Part shown: piece after piece, positions 19,300 through 27,947 of the stretch
Position numbering within the stretch: the stretch's first letter is position 1
How the letters are laid out: every line of letters starts with the position of its first letter
Source of the DNA: an uncultured Solirubrobacterales bacterium
Lineage (GTDB): Bacteria > Actinomycetota > Thermoleophilia > Solirubrobacterales > 70-9
Assembly (NCBI GenBank): GCA_963709475.1
Contig: CAVPWI010000009.1
Location: 276,625 to 340,624, forward strand
Length of the DNA stretch: 64,000 nt
Direction: 5' to 3'
Translations under genes and position numbers: made by a program
Notes under the pieces: generated by a model
Databases searched by the model: none
Seen by the model: only the letters and a program-made list of their open reading frames with translations
What the model was told of the DNA's origin: nothing

Positions 19300-19599
19300 T
19301 CAAGCCTTGCCGGACGGTTCTTTGCCGGACGGGCCCGAAAAGGCCTTGACGACCAGTTCCTGAACCCGGCTGCGGTCCTCCTTGGCCACCAGACGAGCGT
19401 CTTTTGTCGGCACGACCAGGCTGAAGAACTCCTTGCGCTCTTCTTCGCTCAGGTTGTTGTAGAGCCTCTGCGTGTGGTGGGAGAGCCAGCGGGCCCTCAT
19501 CCAGACCGCCGGCCAGTCGACCCGTTTCGCGTACTCCCAGGACTTGGCGGCCATGCCGGCTGCGGCGCCGGCGCGGGCAGCTTTGGACTTCTTGGCCAC
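19300..19599 (-). CDS. hypothetical small basic protein
   Basis: Only the 3' part of track ORF 19300..19761 is free of greA. A GTG at 19599 lies directly after the greA stop. I recognise no family. Confidence 0.4.
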   Translation of the reverse strand: MAKKSKAARAGAAAGMAAKSWEYAKRVDWPAVWMRARWLSHHTQRLYNNLSEEERKEFFSLVVPTKDARLVAKEDRSRVQELVVKAFSGPSGKEPSGKA

Positions 19600-19601
19600 G
19601 C

Positions 19602-20081
19602 TCAGACCAGTCCGGAGATCGTGAAGGTGCGGCTGCCCTTGGGTGTTTTCACCTCGACCACTTCGCCGACCTTCTTGTTCTGGAGGGCCTGACCGACCGG
19701 AGACTCGGCCGAGAGGCGGCCCTCTGCCAGGCTTGCTTCGGTCGAGCCGACCAGCGTCCAACGGTGCTCCCGGTCTGCCGAGTCGACGATGATCGCAGTG
19801 CGCCCGAAGCTGAATCTGTCGGCGGAACCCTGGTCGGCCTCCACGACCACCGCATCCCGCAGGCGCTCCCGGGCCCGCTTGATCCTGGTCTCCAGGTGGG
19901 CCTGGTCCTCTTTCGCGATGTGGTACTCGGCGTTCTCCTTGAGGTCTCCCATCGCACGCGCGACCTTGAGGCGCTCAGAGATCTTCTCCCGGCCCGGCCC
20001 CTCCATCTCTTCGATCTCGGCCCGGAGAGCCGCAAGGCCTTCGGCAGTTATGGGTTCCCCGGGTGCTGCGCTCTGATTCAT
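19602..20081 (-). CDS. greA: transcription elongation factor GreA
   Basis: 159 aa. The coiled-coil N-domain contains DLKENAEYH, followed by a C-terminal globular domain (ISAESPVGQAL..KKVGEVVEV). Confidence 0.9.
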   Translation of the reverse strand: MNQSAAPGEPITAEGLAALRAEIEEMEGPGREKISERLKVARAMGDLKENAEYHIAKEDQAHLETRIKRARERLRDAVVVEADQGSADRFSFGRTAIIVDSADREHRWTLVGSTEASLAEGRLSAESPVGQALQNKKVGEVVEVKTPKGSRTFTISGLV

Positions 20082-20158
20082 GTCTCCACTCTAAGGGCCC
20101 GTCCGGGGGAGGTGGTGCTGCCGGCCCCTTCGGGACGGAGCCCCTAGGGTTATCCGGG

Positions 20159-21535
20159 ATGGACCGCTCGGTCAAGCTTTCCCTGTTCGCCATGGCCCTC
20201 GGGGTGCTCGTCATCGCCAACGACATCACTGCGATGAACGTCGCGATCCCGTCGATCGAGAAAGACTTCGACACCGGGGTGACGACCAGCCAGTGGGTGG
20301 TAAACGCCTACTCGCTCAGCTTCGGAGTGCTGATCGTGACCGGCGGCCGCCTCGCCGATCTGTTCGGCAGGAGGGAGGCCTTCTTCCTCGGGGCCGGGAT
20401 ATTCGCTTCGATGTCGCTGCTCGGCGGAGTCGCCCAGTCCGAAGCGTGGCTGATCGCCTCCCGCGCCCTGATGGGCGTCGGTGGAGCGCTGATGTGGCCG
20501 TCGATCCTCGGCATGACCTACGGCGCCCTGCCGGCCGACAAGGCCGGGCTGGCCGGGGGACTGATCCTCGGCGTTGCCGGGATCGGAAATGCGCTCGGCC
20601 CGATGCTGGGTGGTGCCTTGACCGAGTTCCTCAGCTGGCGCTGGATCCTCTTCCTCAACATCCCGGTCACTCTGATCGCGATCACCGTGGTCTATCTGTA
20701 CATCCACCAGCCGAAACCGCAGACGGCCGACCGCAGGATCGATTACGGCGGGATCGTCTCGGTGACCCTTGGCCTGGTCCTGATCATGGTCGCGCTCGAT
20801 CAGGTGGTGGACATCGGCTGGGAGGACCCGAGGGTCCTGGTCTCGATGGCCGCCGGCCTGATCCTCCTGGTCTCCTTCGGATTCATCGAGCGCCGCGCGT
20901 CCGCTCACGCGCTGATCCCACCGGATGTGATCAGGAACTCGAGCTTTGCCGCCTCCTGCCTCGCGATCCTGTTCATGTCAGCGACCTTCTTCAGCGCTCT
21001 CTTCTACCTGCCCCAGTACATGCAGAAGGAGTTCGGCTACAGCGCTTTCGAATCCGGGATGGGCCTGCTGCCATTCATGGCCGTCTTCGCGGCCACGTCT
21101 TTCGTCTCCGGCCCACTCTACAACCGGCTCGGGGCGAAGCCGATCGTTTCTGTCGGAGCGGCCTGCATCGCCGCCGGTCCTCTGCTCATCGTTCCCGGGA
21201 TCAGTGCGGGGGGCAGCTTCGGCGAGATCATCCCCGGCATGGTCGTTCTCGGCATCGGTGTCGGGCTCTTCTACTCGTCGGCGACCACCGCCGCGGTGAC
21301 GTCGGTGGCCGACTCCCGGACCAGCCTCGCCGGCGGCATCATCTACATGTTCCAGGTGGCGGGCGGGTCGGTCGGACTCGCTCTCACAACCACCGTATTT
21401 GCCACCCAGGGCGACTTGATCGACGGTCTCCACGCCGCCTTCGCTCTCAACGCGGGACTTTCGTTCGTCGGCTTCCTGATCACGTTCCTGTTCGTGGGCG
21501 GGCGCCTTTTCTCGGCCGGCCGAGAAGCATCCTGA
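20159..21535 (+). CDS. MFS transporter, DHA2 (EmrB/QacA-like, 14-TM) family
   Basis: Start re-set to ATG 20159 (MDRSVKLSLFAMALG...). Motif GGRLADLFGRR is present, with many TM segments. Confidence 0.8.
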   Translation: MDRSVKLSLFAMALGVLVIANDITAMNVAIPSIEKDFDTGVTTSQWVVNAYSLSFGVLIVTGGRLADLFGRREAFFLGAGIFASMSLLGGVAQSEAWLIASRALMGVGGALMWPSILGMTYGALPADKAGLAGGLILGVAGIGNALGPMLGGALTEFLSWRWILFLNIPVTLIAITVVYLYIHQPKPQTADRRIDYGGIVSVTLGLVLIMVALDQVVDIGWEDPRVLVSMAAGLILLVSFGFIERRASAHALIPPDVIRNSSFAASCLAILFMSATFFSALFYLPQYMQKEFGYSAFESGMGLLPFMAVFAATSFVSGPLYNRLGAKPIVSVGAACIAAGPLLIVPGISAGGSFGEIIPGMVVLGIGVGLFYSSATTAAVTSVADSRTSLAGGIIYMFQVAGGSVGLALTTTVFATQGDLIDGLHAAFALNAGLSFVGFLITFLFVGGRLFSAGREAS

Positions 21536-21630
21536 ACGATTCCTGAAAAAGTTTTCCGGGATTGTCAACCGATTCCGGCTGCGCCTCCGTATAGCCGGTA
21601 GATGTCAAACCAATTACGGAGGTAGTTTCG

Positions 21631-22704
21631 ATGTTTTCAACAGCAATACTCAAGGAAGAACGTGGCATTGCGCGCCTGGCAGGGGCCGGTTTCGCGTCGC
21701 TGATTGCGCTCGCAGTCGCTCTGTTCTTCGCCGGCCCGGCTTCGGCCAACCCGATCGCCGACGGCACAACCTCGCTGAAGATCGACAAGCGGGCGGGCAA
21801 GGTTCTGAAGAAGAACAAGATCAAGGTAGCTCCGGTCAAGCCGGCCAAAGTCCAGAAGAGTTCGATCGCCTTCCCGGTCACCGGCGGCAAGCTGGACCCG
21901 TCAGATCCGAGCACCGGAGTGGTCCGTCATTCGGGCGGCCTGAGGTTCAAGTCCGGCAAGCGCAAGCTCGTCGCGCGTAACTTCGTTATCAAGATCGCCA
22001 ACGGTGTCGTCGTTGCCAAGGTCGGCAAGAACAACGTCAGGCTTCTCTCAACCGACCTGAGCAAGGCCAAAATCAGCCGGGACGGATTCGGGATCACGGT
22101 CCGCAAAGTTGGTGTGTCACTGACTGGCGCCGCCGCGAAGGCCCTGAACAAGACCTTCAAGGTCAAGCTGTTCAAGAAGGGCCTGAAGATCGGCACGGTC
22201 GTGGTCAAGACCCAGCCCGTTTCGGTCGGCCTGGATGGAGGCAACACCGACCTCGCGCTTGATCCGGTGGCAGCCGGCGCGCTGACTTCGCTCGGCGTAG
22301 CGGTAGCCCCGATCGGTCCGGCCTCGGCTCTGCCGAGTGGAGAGATTTCGTTCCCGATCACCAGCGGACGCGCCAACCTGAGCACGCTCGCGGGCTCGAT
22401 TGAGCACAGCGGTGGTATCTCGCTGACTCAGGGCGCGACAGTGGTCGAGCTGACGGACTTCACGATCAACGTGGATGCCGATCCCGACCTGACCGCAGTA
22501 CTGAACGGCGGAGACAGGGTTTCGATCCTGAACCTCGACCTCTCAGGACTGACGGTTGACGTCGATCCTCTCAATATCACCCTGGGCAACGCTTCGGCCA
22601 GCCTCACGGCTGCCGCGGCGGGCGCACTCAGTGCCGCCTTCGGTGCCCCGATTCCCGAGGGCTTCGTCCTCGGCACGGCCACCGTCAACGCGGTCGCCAA
22701 CTAG
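21631..22704 (+). CDS. exported protein with two tandem HtaA-like repeats (tentative)
   Basis: GGAGG RBS and a signal peptide (...FFAGPASA/NP). Two modules of about 150 aa share the pattern I(A/S)FP(V/I)T(G/S)G...HSGG(L/I)...L..F.I......L...L......V.LT.AAA.AL...F. Confidence 0.6.
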   Translation: MFSTAILKEERGIARLAGAGFASLIALAVALFFAGPASANPIADGTTSLKIDKRAGKVLKKNKIKVAPVKPAKVQKSSIAFPVTGGKLDPSDPSTGVVRHSGGLRFKSGKRKLVARNFVIKIANGVVVAKVGKNNVRLLSTDLSKAKISRDGFGITVRKVGVSLTGAAAKALNKTFKVKLFKKGLKIGTVVVKTQPVSVGLDGGNTDLALDPVAAGALTSLGVAVAPIGPASALPSGEISFPITSGRANLSTLAGSIEHSGGISLTQGATVVELTDFTINVDADPDLTAVLNGGDRVSILNLDLSGLTVDVDPLNITLGNASASLTAAAAGALSAAFGAPIPEGFVLGTATVNAVAN

Positions 22705-22718
22705 TTACGACCGGCTGA

Positions 22719-22750
22719 GGCGGGCGGCCCTTCCCCCGGGGCCGCCCGCC
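22719..22750 (+). terminator. GC-rich hairpin downstream of the HtaA-like gene
   Basis: 11-bp stem GGCGGGCGGCC / GGCCGCCCGCC. There is no U-tract, so it may be only a partial terminator or attenuator. Confidence 0.5.
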
Positions 22751-22831
22751 GCTCGGCCAGACCGAATCACCAGAACTTTTCCCCAACAGCAGCAAAAAAC
22801 GACAACAAGTCAAACGAAGGAGAAACGAATC

Positions 22832-23386
22832 ATGGACATCAAGAAAGCACTTCTGCTGGGCCTCTGTATCCCGGCCCTCGCATTCGGAGTCGCGGCATGT
22901 AGCGACGACGACAGCAGTGACGACAGCGCCACCACCGAGCAGGTCGAAGAGGCTCCGGCTGAAGAAGGTGCCAGCCTCGACATCGTGGAGACCGCTCAGG
23001 CGACTCCCGACCTGACCACCCTGGTTGACGCCCTCCTGGCGGCCGAGCTGGTCGAGACGCTCCAGGGCGACGGTCCGTTCACCGTGTTCGCACCGACCAA
23101 CGACGCCTTCGCGGCACTGCCCCCGGCAGAGCTCGAGCGGCTTCTGAAGCCGGCCAACCGGGACGAGCTCGCCAACATCCTCACCTACCACGTGGTGGAT
23201 GGTGACGTCAAGTCGTCTGACCTCTCCGACGGCCAGATGGTCGAGACGCTCCAGGGTGGCGAAGTCGAAGTCACGATCGACGGTGACAAGGTCATGGTTG
23301 GTGACGCCGAAGTCGTCCAGCCTGACATCGAGACGTCGAACGGCACGGTCCACGTGATCGACGCCGTGCTGCTGCCCAGCAGCTGA
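22832..23386 (+). CDS. fasciclin (FAS1) domain lipoprotein
   Basis: Start re-set to ATG 22832, preceded by GAAGGAGA. Lipobox LAFGVAAC. FAS1 motifs (FTVFAPTNDAF, ILTYHVV, NGTVHVIDAVLLP). Confidence 0.85.
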   Translation: MDIKKALLLGLCIPALAFGVAACSDDDSSDDSATTEQVEEAPAEEGASLDIVETAQATPDLTTLVDALLAAELVETLQGDGPFTVFAPTNDAFAALPPAELERLLKPANRDELANILTYHVVDGDVKSSDLSDGQMVETLQGGEVEVTIDGDKVMVGDAEVVQPDIETSNGTVHVIDAVLLPSS

Positions 23387-23397
23387 GGGTCCGGGGG

Positions 23398-24051
23398 ATG
23401 ACCGAGATGAATTCAGCGATTGACATGAATTCGGTGACTCGGTCATCCCCCGTTTACCTTTCTTTCACGGGCGTGATTGACTATCTGGGGACGTTGCTTA
23501 CGAGAAGAGCAGAACCAGATGAGCAGGTCCTCGCCGACAGGCTGATCGAGCGCGACCAGGTCGCGCTCGGGGATGTCTACGAGCTCTATTCCCGCCCCGT
23601 ATTTTCCTTCCTGGTCAGATTCACCGGGGACCGCACGGCTGCCGAAGACGTACAGCAGCAGGTCTTCCTCGAGGTCTGGCAGAAAGCCGCGAACTTCGAC
23701 CCAGGGCGTGGCAGCATGCTCACCTGGATCATGACCATCGCCCGCAGCCGGGCGCTCGACCACAGTCGCCGTCGGGTGCCGGAGCCGCACGACCCTTCGT
23801 CGGCTGCGGAAATCGCAGATTCCGGATCCGGCGGGCATTCCGAAATCGACCGCGCAGTCGATGACTGGCACTTCAGCCAGCTGATCGACCAGCTGCCCCC
23901 CGACGAAGCCAAGCTTCTCGAGTACAGATTTCATCAAGAGCTGAGCCAGTCCGAGATCTCCGAGAAGACCGGTATCCCGCTGGGAACCGTCAAGTCGAGG
24001 ATGGTCAGCGGACTTGAGCGTCTCCGAGCCCAGATGGAGGTGGAAGCATGA
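23398..24051 (+). CDS. ECF-type RNA polymerase sigma factor (SigK-like, judged by its partner)
   Basis: Sigma-70 region 2 (VFLEVWQKA..FDP..GS..TWIMTIARSRALD) and region 4 (LSQSEISEKTGIPLGTVKSRM). The true start may be TTG 23494, because the first ~95 nt are comparatively AT-rich. Confidence 0.8.
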   Translation: MTEMNSAIDMNSVTRSSPVYLSFTGVIDYLGTLLTRRAEPDEQVLADRLIERDQVALGDVYELYSRPVFSFLVRFTGDRTAAEDVQQQVFLEVWQKAANFDPGRGSMLTWIMTIARSRALDHSRRRVPEPHDPSSAAEIADSGSGGHSEIDRAVDDWHFSQLIDQLPPDEAKLLEYRFHQELSQSEISEKTGIPLGTVKSRMVSGLERLRAQMEVEA

Positions 24052-24872
24052 GTGCCGATATTCGTGAAGACGCCGTTCAGTATCTGCTCGGCGAACTGTC
24101 TGCCGAACAGATTGACCGCTTCGAGGCCGATCTTCTGCTCGACGCCGGCCTCAGGGCCGAGGTGGACCGGCTCCGCCCGGTCGTCACCCGGCTGAGTGAA
24201 CAGCCGGCCGATACCTGGGAGCCGATCGAGCCGCCGCCTCTGGACATCGCCGCCATCGTTGCTGCCGATTCGGTCGCAAGCGGGTCCGAAGCTGCCGCTG
24301 CGGCGCCTGCGGAAGCCGCACCCGCCGCGCCCGCCGCGGTGCGCTCCATTCCGGAACCCGCGACCCCGGTAGAAACGTCCCCGAAGCGCCCGCGCCGCAG
24401 CTTCGCCGAGCGATTCGGCTTCGGTTTCCCCAGTGTCGCGGCCGCCGCATTCTCGGCCCTCCTGATCCTCGCGGTCGGGATCGGCCTCGGCACCCAGTTC
24501 GGTGGTGACGGCTCCTCCACGGGCGAGCCCGTTCAGACCCTCGCGCTGGAGACGATCGGCAATGAGGTTCCTGAGGGCGCTTCGGGAGAGGTCCTGCTGA
24601 CCGCTGACGCCGGAGACCAGGTGACCCTCGATGTAGCCGGACTCGAGCAGACCGGTGAACGCGAGTTCTACGAACTGTGGCTGCTCGGCGATGAAGGCGA
24701 GCTGGTTTCCCTCGGCTCCTTCCGGGTGCCCTCGGACGGCAGCTCCCAGATTCAGGTTCCGCTTCCGGTCAATCCGGAGAAGTATCGCTACTTCGACGTA
24801 TCGATCGAGCCCGAGAACGGCAGCCCGGACCATTCCGGCCGCTCCGTACTACGGGGCCTGACGCCGTCTTGA
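24048..24872 (+). CDS. anti-sigma factor with RskA-type extracytoplasmic domain
   Basis: The start overlaps the sigma gene stop. One central TM segment (AAAFSALLILAVGIGLG). C-terminal YELWLLGDEGELVSLG...SIEPENGSP pattern as in anti-sigma-K RskA. Confidence 0.75.
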   Translation: MSADIREDAVQYLLGELSAEQIDRFEADLLLDAGLRAEVDRLRPVVTRLSEQPADTWEPIEPPPLDIAAIVAADSVASGSEAAAAAPAEAAPAAPAAVRSIPEPATPVETSPKRPRRSFAERFGFGFPSVAAAAFSALLILAVGIGLGTQFGGDGSSTGEPVQTLALETIGNEVPEGASGEVLLTADAGDQVTLDVAGLEQTGEREFYELWLLGDEGELVSLGSFRVPSDGSSQIQVPLPVNPEKYRYFDVSIEPENGSPDHSGRSVLRGLTPS

Positions 24873-25798
24873 CGCCCGACCACGTCGTTCTTGGCAGCGG
24901 CGGGGTCCTGGGCGACACCTGGATGAGCAGCCTGATCGCCGGCCTGCTGGACGGGGGCGGTCCTGATCTGAGGCTCGCGGATCGCTTCGTGGGAACGTCG
25001 GCCGGTTCGATCGTGGCCACCAGACTCGCCGCCGGAGAGGATCTGCGCAGCTACATCGAACGCCGCTTCGAGGTCACCGGCGGCTCGGTCGATTCCGGCG
25101 GGAACGGTTTCGCCGGGGGCGACCGGGGCGGGGCCGACTCCTCGGTCGGCACCGGCACTCTTCATGCATCGGCGGCCAGGCTGCTGGGCGTCGCAGCGCC
25201 GGCCGGAAAGCTGATCAGGCGCGCCGTGCTCAAGGCGGTTCCTGAGGGTGGCGAGGAGCTTTCACGGCTCGGCCGCACGATCCACCGTCTGATGCCCGAG
25301 TGGGACCCCCGCCTGAACCTGGTCGGCGTGAACCTGGATCGCGGCGGCCGGGTGGTGATCAGCGGGGACGAGCGTTTCGGCCTCTCGGTCAGCCAGGCCG
25401 TGCGTGCTTCCTGTGCCATCCCGGGGGTCTTTCGTCCGGTCCCGAGCGAGCATGGACCGATCGTCGACGGTGGGGTGTGGAGCCCGGTCAACCTCGATGC
25501 GGTGAGTCCGCGGCGCGGCACGAACGTCCTGTGCCTCTATCCGTCCGGCTACCAGAGCCGGCCCCGGAGTCGCAGGAAGCAGGCGGTGACCGGACTCTCC
25601 CGGACCCGGGTCGCGCTGGAGGCGGCTGCTGTCCGGGCGGGTGGGGCCCGGGTCATGACCGTCAGCCCCGATCCGGTCGCGGCGGATGCGATCGGGCCCG
25701 ACCGAATGAACCACGAACGCGACCCTGCGGTTGCGTCGGCCGGTTACTCCCAGGGGGTTGCCCTAGCCCCTGAACTCAACGGCTGGCTGTCGCTGTGA
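24869..25798 (+). CDS. patatin-like phospholipase
   Basis: The TTG start overlaps the anti-sigma stop (TTGA). Oxyanion GSGGVLG, nucleophile elbow GTSAG and catalytic Asp in IVDGGVWSP. Confidence 0.8.
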   Translation: MTPDHVVLGSGGVLGDTWMSSLIAGLLDGGGPDLRLADRFVGTSAGSIVATRLAAGEDLRSYIERRFEVTGGSVDSGGNGFAGGDRGGADSSVGTGTLHASAARLLGVAAPAGKLIRRAVLKAVPEGGEELSRLGRTIHRLMPEWDPRLNLVGVNLDRGGRVVISGDERFGLSVSQAVRASCAIPGVFRPVPSEHGPIVDGGVWSPVNLDAVSPRRGTNVLCLYPSGYQSRPRSRRKQAVTGLSRTRVALEAAAVRAGGARVMTVSPDPVAADAIGPDRMNHERDPAVASAGYSQGVALAPELNGWLSL

Positions 25799-25857
25799 GA
25801 TGCACGTCACAGAAAGATCTGCATCCGGCATTCTGCCTGCCTGCGTAGTACCCAGTA

Positions 25858-27144
25858 ATGAAAGTCGCGGTAATCGGAACAGGTATCTCCGGCCTGGCGG
25901 CCGCACACCGGCTCAAGGACCGGGCCGACCTGACCGTGTTCGAAGCCGACCGGCGGACGGGCGGCCACGCCAATACTGTCGTTGTCGAATCCGAGCGTGG
26001 TTTCGAGTCGGTCGATACGGGGTTCATCGTCTTCAATGACCGCAACTACCCTGAGTTCACGAAGATCCTGGAACAGATGGAGGTGGCTTCCCGCCCGTCT
26101 TCGATGAGCTTCTCCTATACCGACGGCGAGTTCGAGTACGCGGGACGGGACCTGAACAGCCTCTTCGCCCAGCGCAGCAACATCCTGCGCCCGTCGTTCA
26201 TCCGGATGCTTGCCGAGTTCACACGGTTCCAGAGGTTGCTCCGGCAGCTCGTGGCCGATGGTGAAATGGGTCCTTCGCTCGATGAATTCCTCGCCGAGCA
26301 CCGGTTCGCACCGGCGCTGAAGGAGCGCGTCGTGGTCCCCCTGGTTGCCGCCGTCTGGTCCGCCGACCCCGGTCAGATGTCGAGTTTTCCGGTCGGCTTC
26401 CTGGCTCGTTTTCTCGACAACCACGGCCTTCTGTCGCTGAAGGGTCGCCCGAGCTGGCGCACCGTTGAAGGCGGTTCATGGCAGTACGTCGAGGCCCTGA
26501 CCGCACCGATCCGCGAGCGGGTCAGGACCGGCACCCCGGTCGAACGTGTGATCCGGTTCGACGACCACGTTACGGTGGTCCCGCGAGGAGGACCACCCGA
26601 GCGCTTCGACGAAGTCGTGATCGCCACCCACTCTGACCAGGCCCTGCGAATGCTGGGCGACCCCAGTGACTCGGAGCGGGAGCTTCTCGGCTCGATCGCC
26701 TATCAGCCCAACCATACGATCCTCCACACAGACGAGTCACTGATGCCGGAGCGCAGGGCGGCATGGGCCTGCTGGAACTACCGCCAGACCGGCGACGGCA
26801 CCAACCGGGCTACGCTCACCTACGACATGAACCGCCTCCAGACCCTCGACTGCCGGCGCCGCTTCTTCGTGAGCCTCAACCAGGAGCATCTGATCGACCC
26901 GGACTCGATCCTCGCCCAGTTCGAGTACGAGCACCCCGTCTTCACCCCCGAGACCGTCGCCGCCCAGGATCGATGGAGCGAGATCAGCGGAGTGAGACGT
27001 ACGCATTACTGCGGTGCCTACTGGCGAAACGGATTCCACGAGGATGGCGCCTTCAGCGGTATCCGTGCGGCCCGTGCGGTCGAAGCCAAGCTCGAAGAGG
27101 GCGGCACCGGACGGGGCAGCGAGGTTCCCAGCGAGTGGGCCTGA
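25858..27144 (+). CDS. NAD(P)/FAD-dependent oxidoreductase (amine-oxidase family, CFA-cluster type)
   Basis: MKVAVIGTGISGLAAAHRL...VFEA..R.GGH Rossmann motif. 428 aa. Confidence 0.75.
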   Translation: MKVAVIGTGISGLAAAHRLKDRADLTVFEADRRTGGHANTVVVESERGFESVDTGFIVFNDRNYPEFTKILEQMEVASRPSSMSFSYTDGEFEYAGRDLNSLFAQRSNILRPSFIRMLAEFTRFQRLLRQLVADGEMGPSLDEFLAEHRFAPALKERVVVPLVAAVWSADPGQMSSFPVGFLARFLDNHGLLSLKGRPSWRTVEGGSWQYVEALTAPIRERVRTGTPVERVIRFDDHVTVVPRGGPPERFDEVVIATHSDQALRMLGDPSDSERELLGSIAYQPNHTILHTDESLMPERRAAWACWNYRQTGDGTNRATLTYDMNRLQTLDCRRRFFVSLNQEHLIDPDSILAQFEYEHPVFTPETVAAQDRWSEISGVRRTHYCGAYWRNGFHEDGAFSGIRAARAVEAKLEEGGTGRGSEVPSEWA

Positions 27145-27947
27145 ACAGCGCGATCTACGAAGGACAGGTACGCCACCGCCGCTTCGGTGAGGTCGAGCGC
27201 GAATTCAGCTACCGGGTCTTCATGGTCTACCTCGACCTGGCCGAAGTGAACGAGGTGATGTCGATCCATCCGATGTGGTCGACCCGGCCTCGATCCCCCG
27301 CGAGCTTCCGGCGGGCTGACTACCTCGGTCCCGCCGACCGACCGCTCGACGCCTGTGTGCGCGACGGAGTCGAGGCCCGGACGGGGGTCCGGCCCCGGGG
27401 TCCGATCCGGATGCTGAGCAACCTGAGGCAGTTTGGTCTGCTGGAGAATCCGGTGAGCTTCTACTACTGCTTCGACCGGTCGGGAGAGCGGCTCGAAGCG
27501 GTCCTCGCCGAGGTCACCAACACCCCCTGGGGAGATCGACACAGCTATGTGATTGACGGGGTCGAGCGCGACGGCTCGCTTGTATCCTCGCGACTCGACA
27601 AAGCGATGCACGTCTCTCCGCTGATGGATATGGACCACACCTACGAACTCACATTCGGCCTCCCCGGAGCCACGCTGCCCGTTCACATCGACAGCGAGAA
27701 AGACGGCGAGAAAGCGTTCGATGCGACCCTCAGCCTGTCGAGGACCGAGATCGACCGGAGTTCTCTGGGCCGGGTCCTGCTCAGCTATCCGCCGATGAGC
27801 TACCGCGTGCTGACCGGGATCTACACCCAGGCTGCCCTCACCTGGCTCGGCGGCGCCCGTTTTCACGGCAGGCCGCCCGACGGGAAGCGCGAGTCGCAGG
27901 TCCGCGAGGAATCCGAATTCGCGAGGCCGGCCGTATGTCCCGTCTGA
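27135..27947 (+). CDS. DUF1365 domain-containing protein
   Basis: A GTG start at 27135 overlaps the upstream stop. The N-terminal SAIYEGQVRHRR....REFSYRVFMVYLDL is the DUF1365 signature as I recall it. Confidence 0.7.
   Translation: MGLNSAIYEGQVRHRRFGEVEREFSYRVFMVYLDLAEVNEVMSIHPMWSTRPRSPASFRRADYLGPADRPLDACVRDGVEARTGVRPRGPIRMLSNLRQFGLLENPVSFYYCFDRSGERLEAVLAEVTNTPWGDRHSYVIDGVERDGSLVSSRLDKAMHVSPLMDMDHTYELTFGLPGATLPVHIDSEKDGEKAFDATLSLSRTEIDRSSLGRVLLSYPPMSYRVLTGIYTQAALTWLGGARFHGRPPDGKRESQVREESEFARPAVCPV

Noticed and set aside
23398-23493. First ~32 codons of the ECF sigma ORF as a functional N-terminal extension
   Set aside because: The segment is unusually AT-rich, contains a TTGACA and two GAATTC-centred repeats, and precedes the normal start of sigma region 2. 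It may be promoter or leader sequence with the real start at TTG 23494. This is not resolved, so the longer ORF is kept in the feature table with a note.
24869-25798. Patatin as a CBASS or other cyclic-nucleotide defence effector
   Set aside because: No CD-NTase/cyclase, SAVED, TIR or E1/E2-like gene is nearby. The gene is embedded in an ECF/lipid-metabolism context instead.
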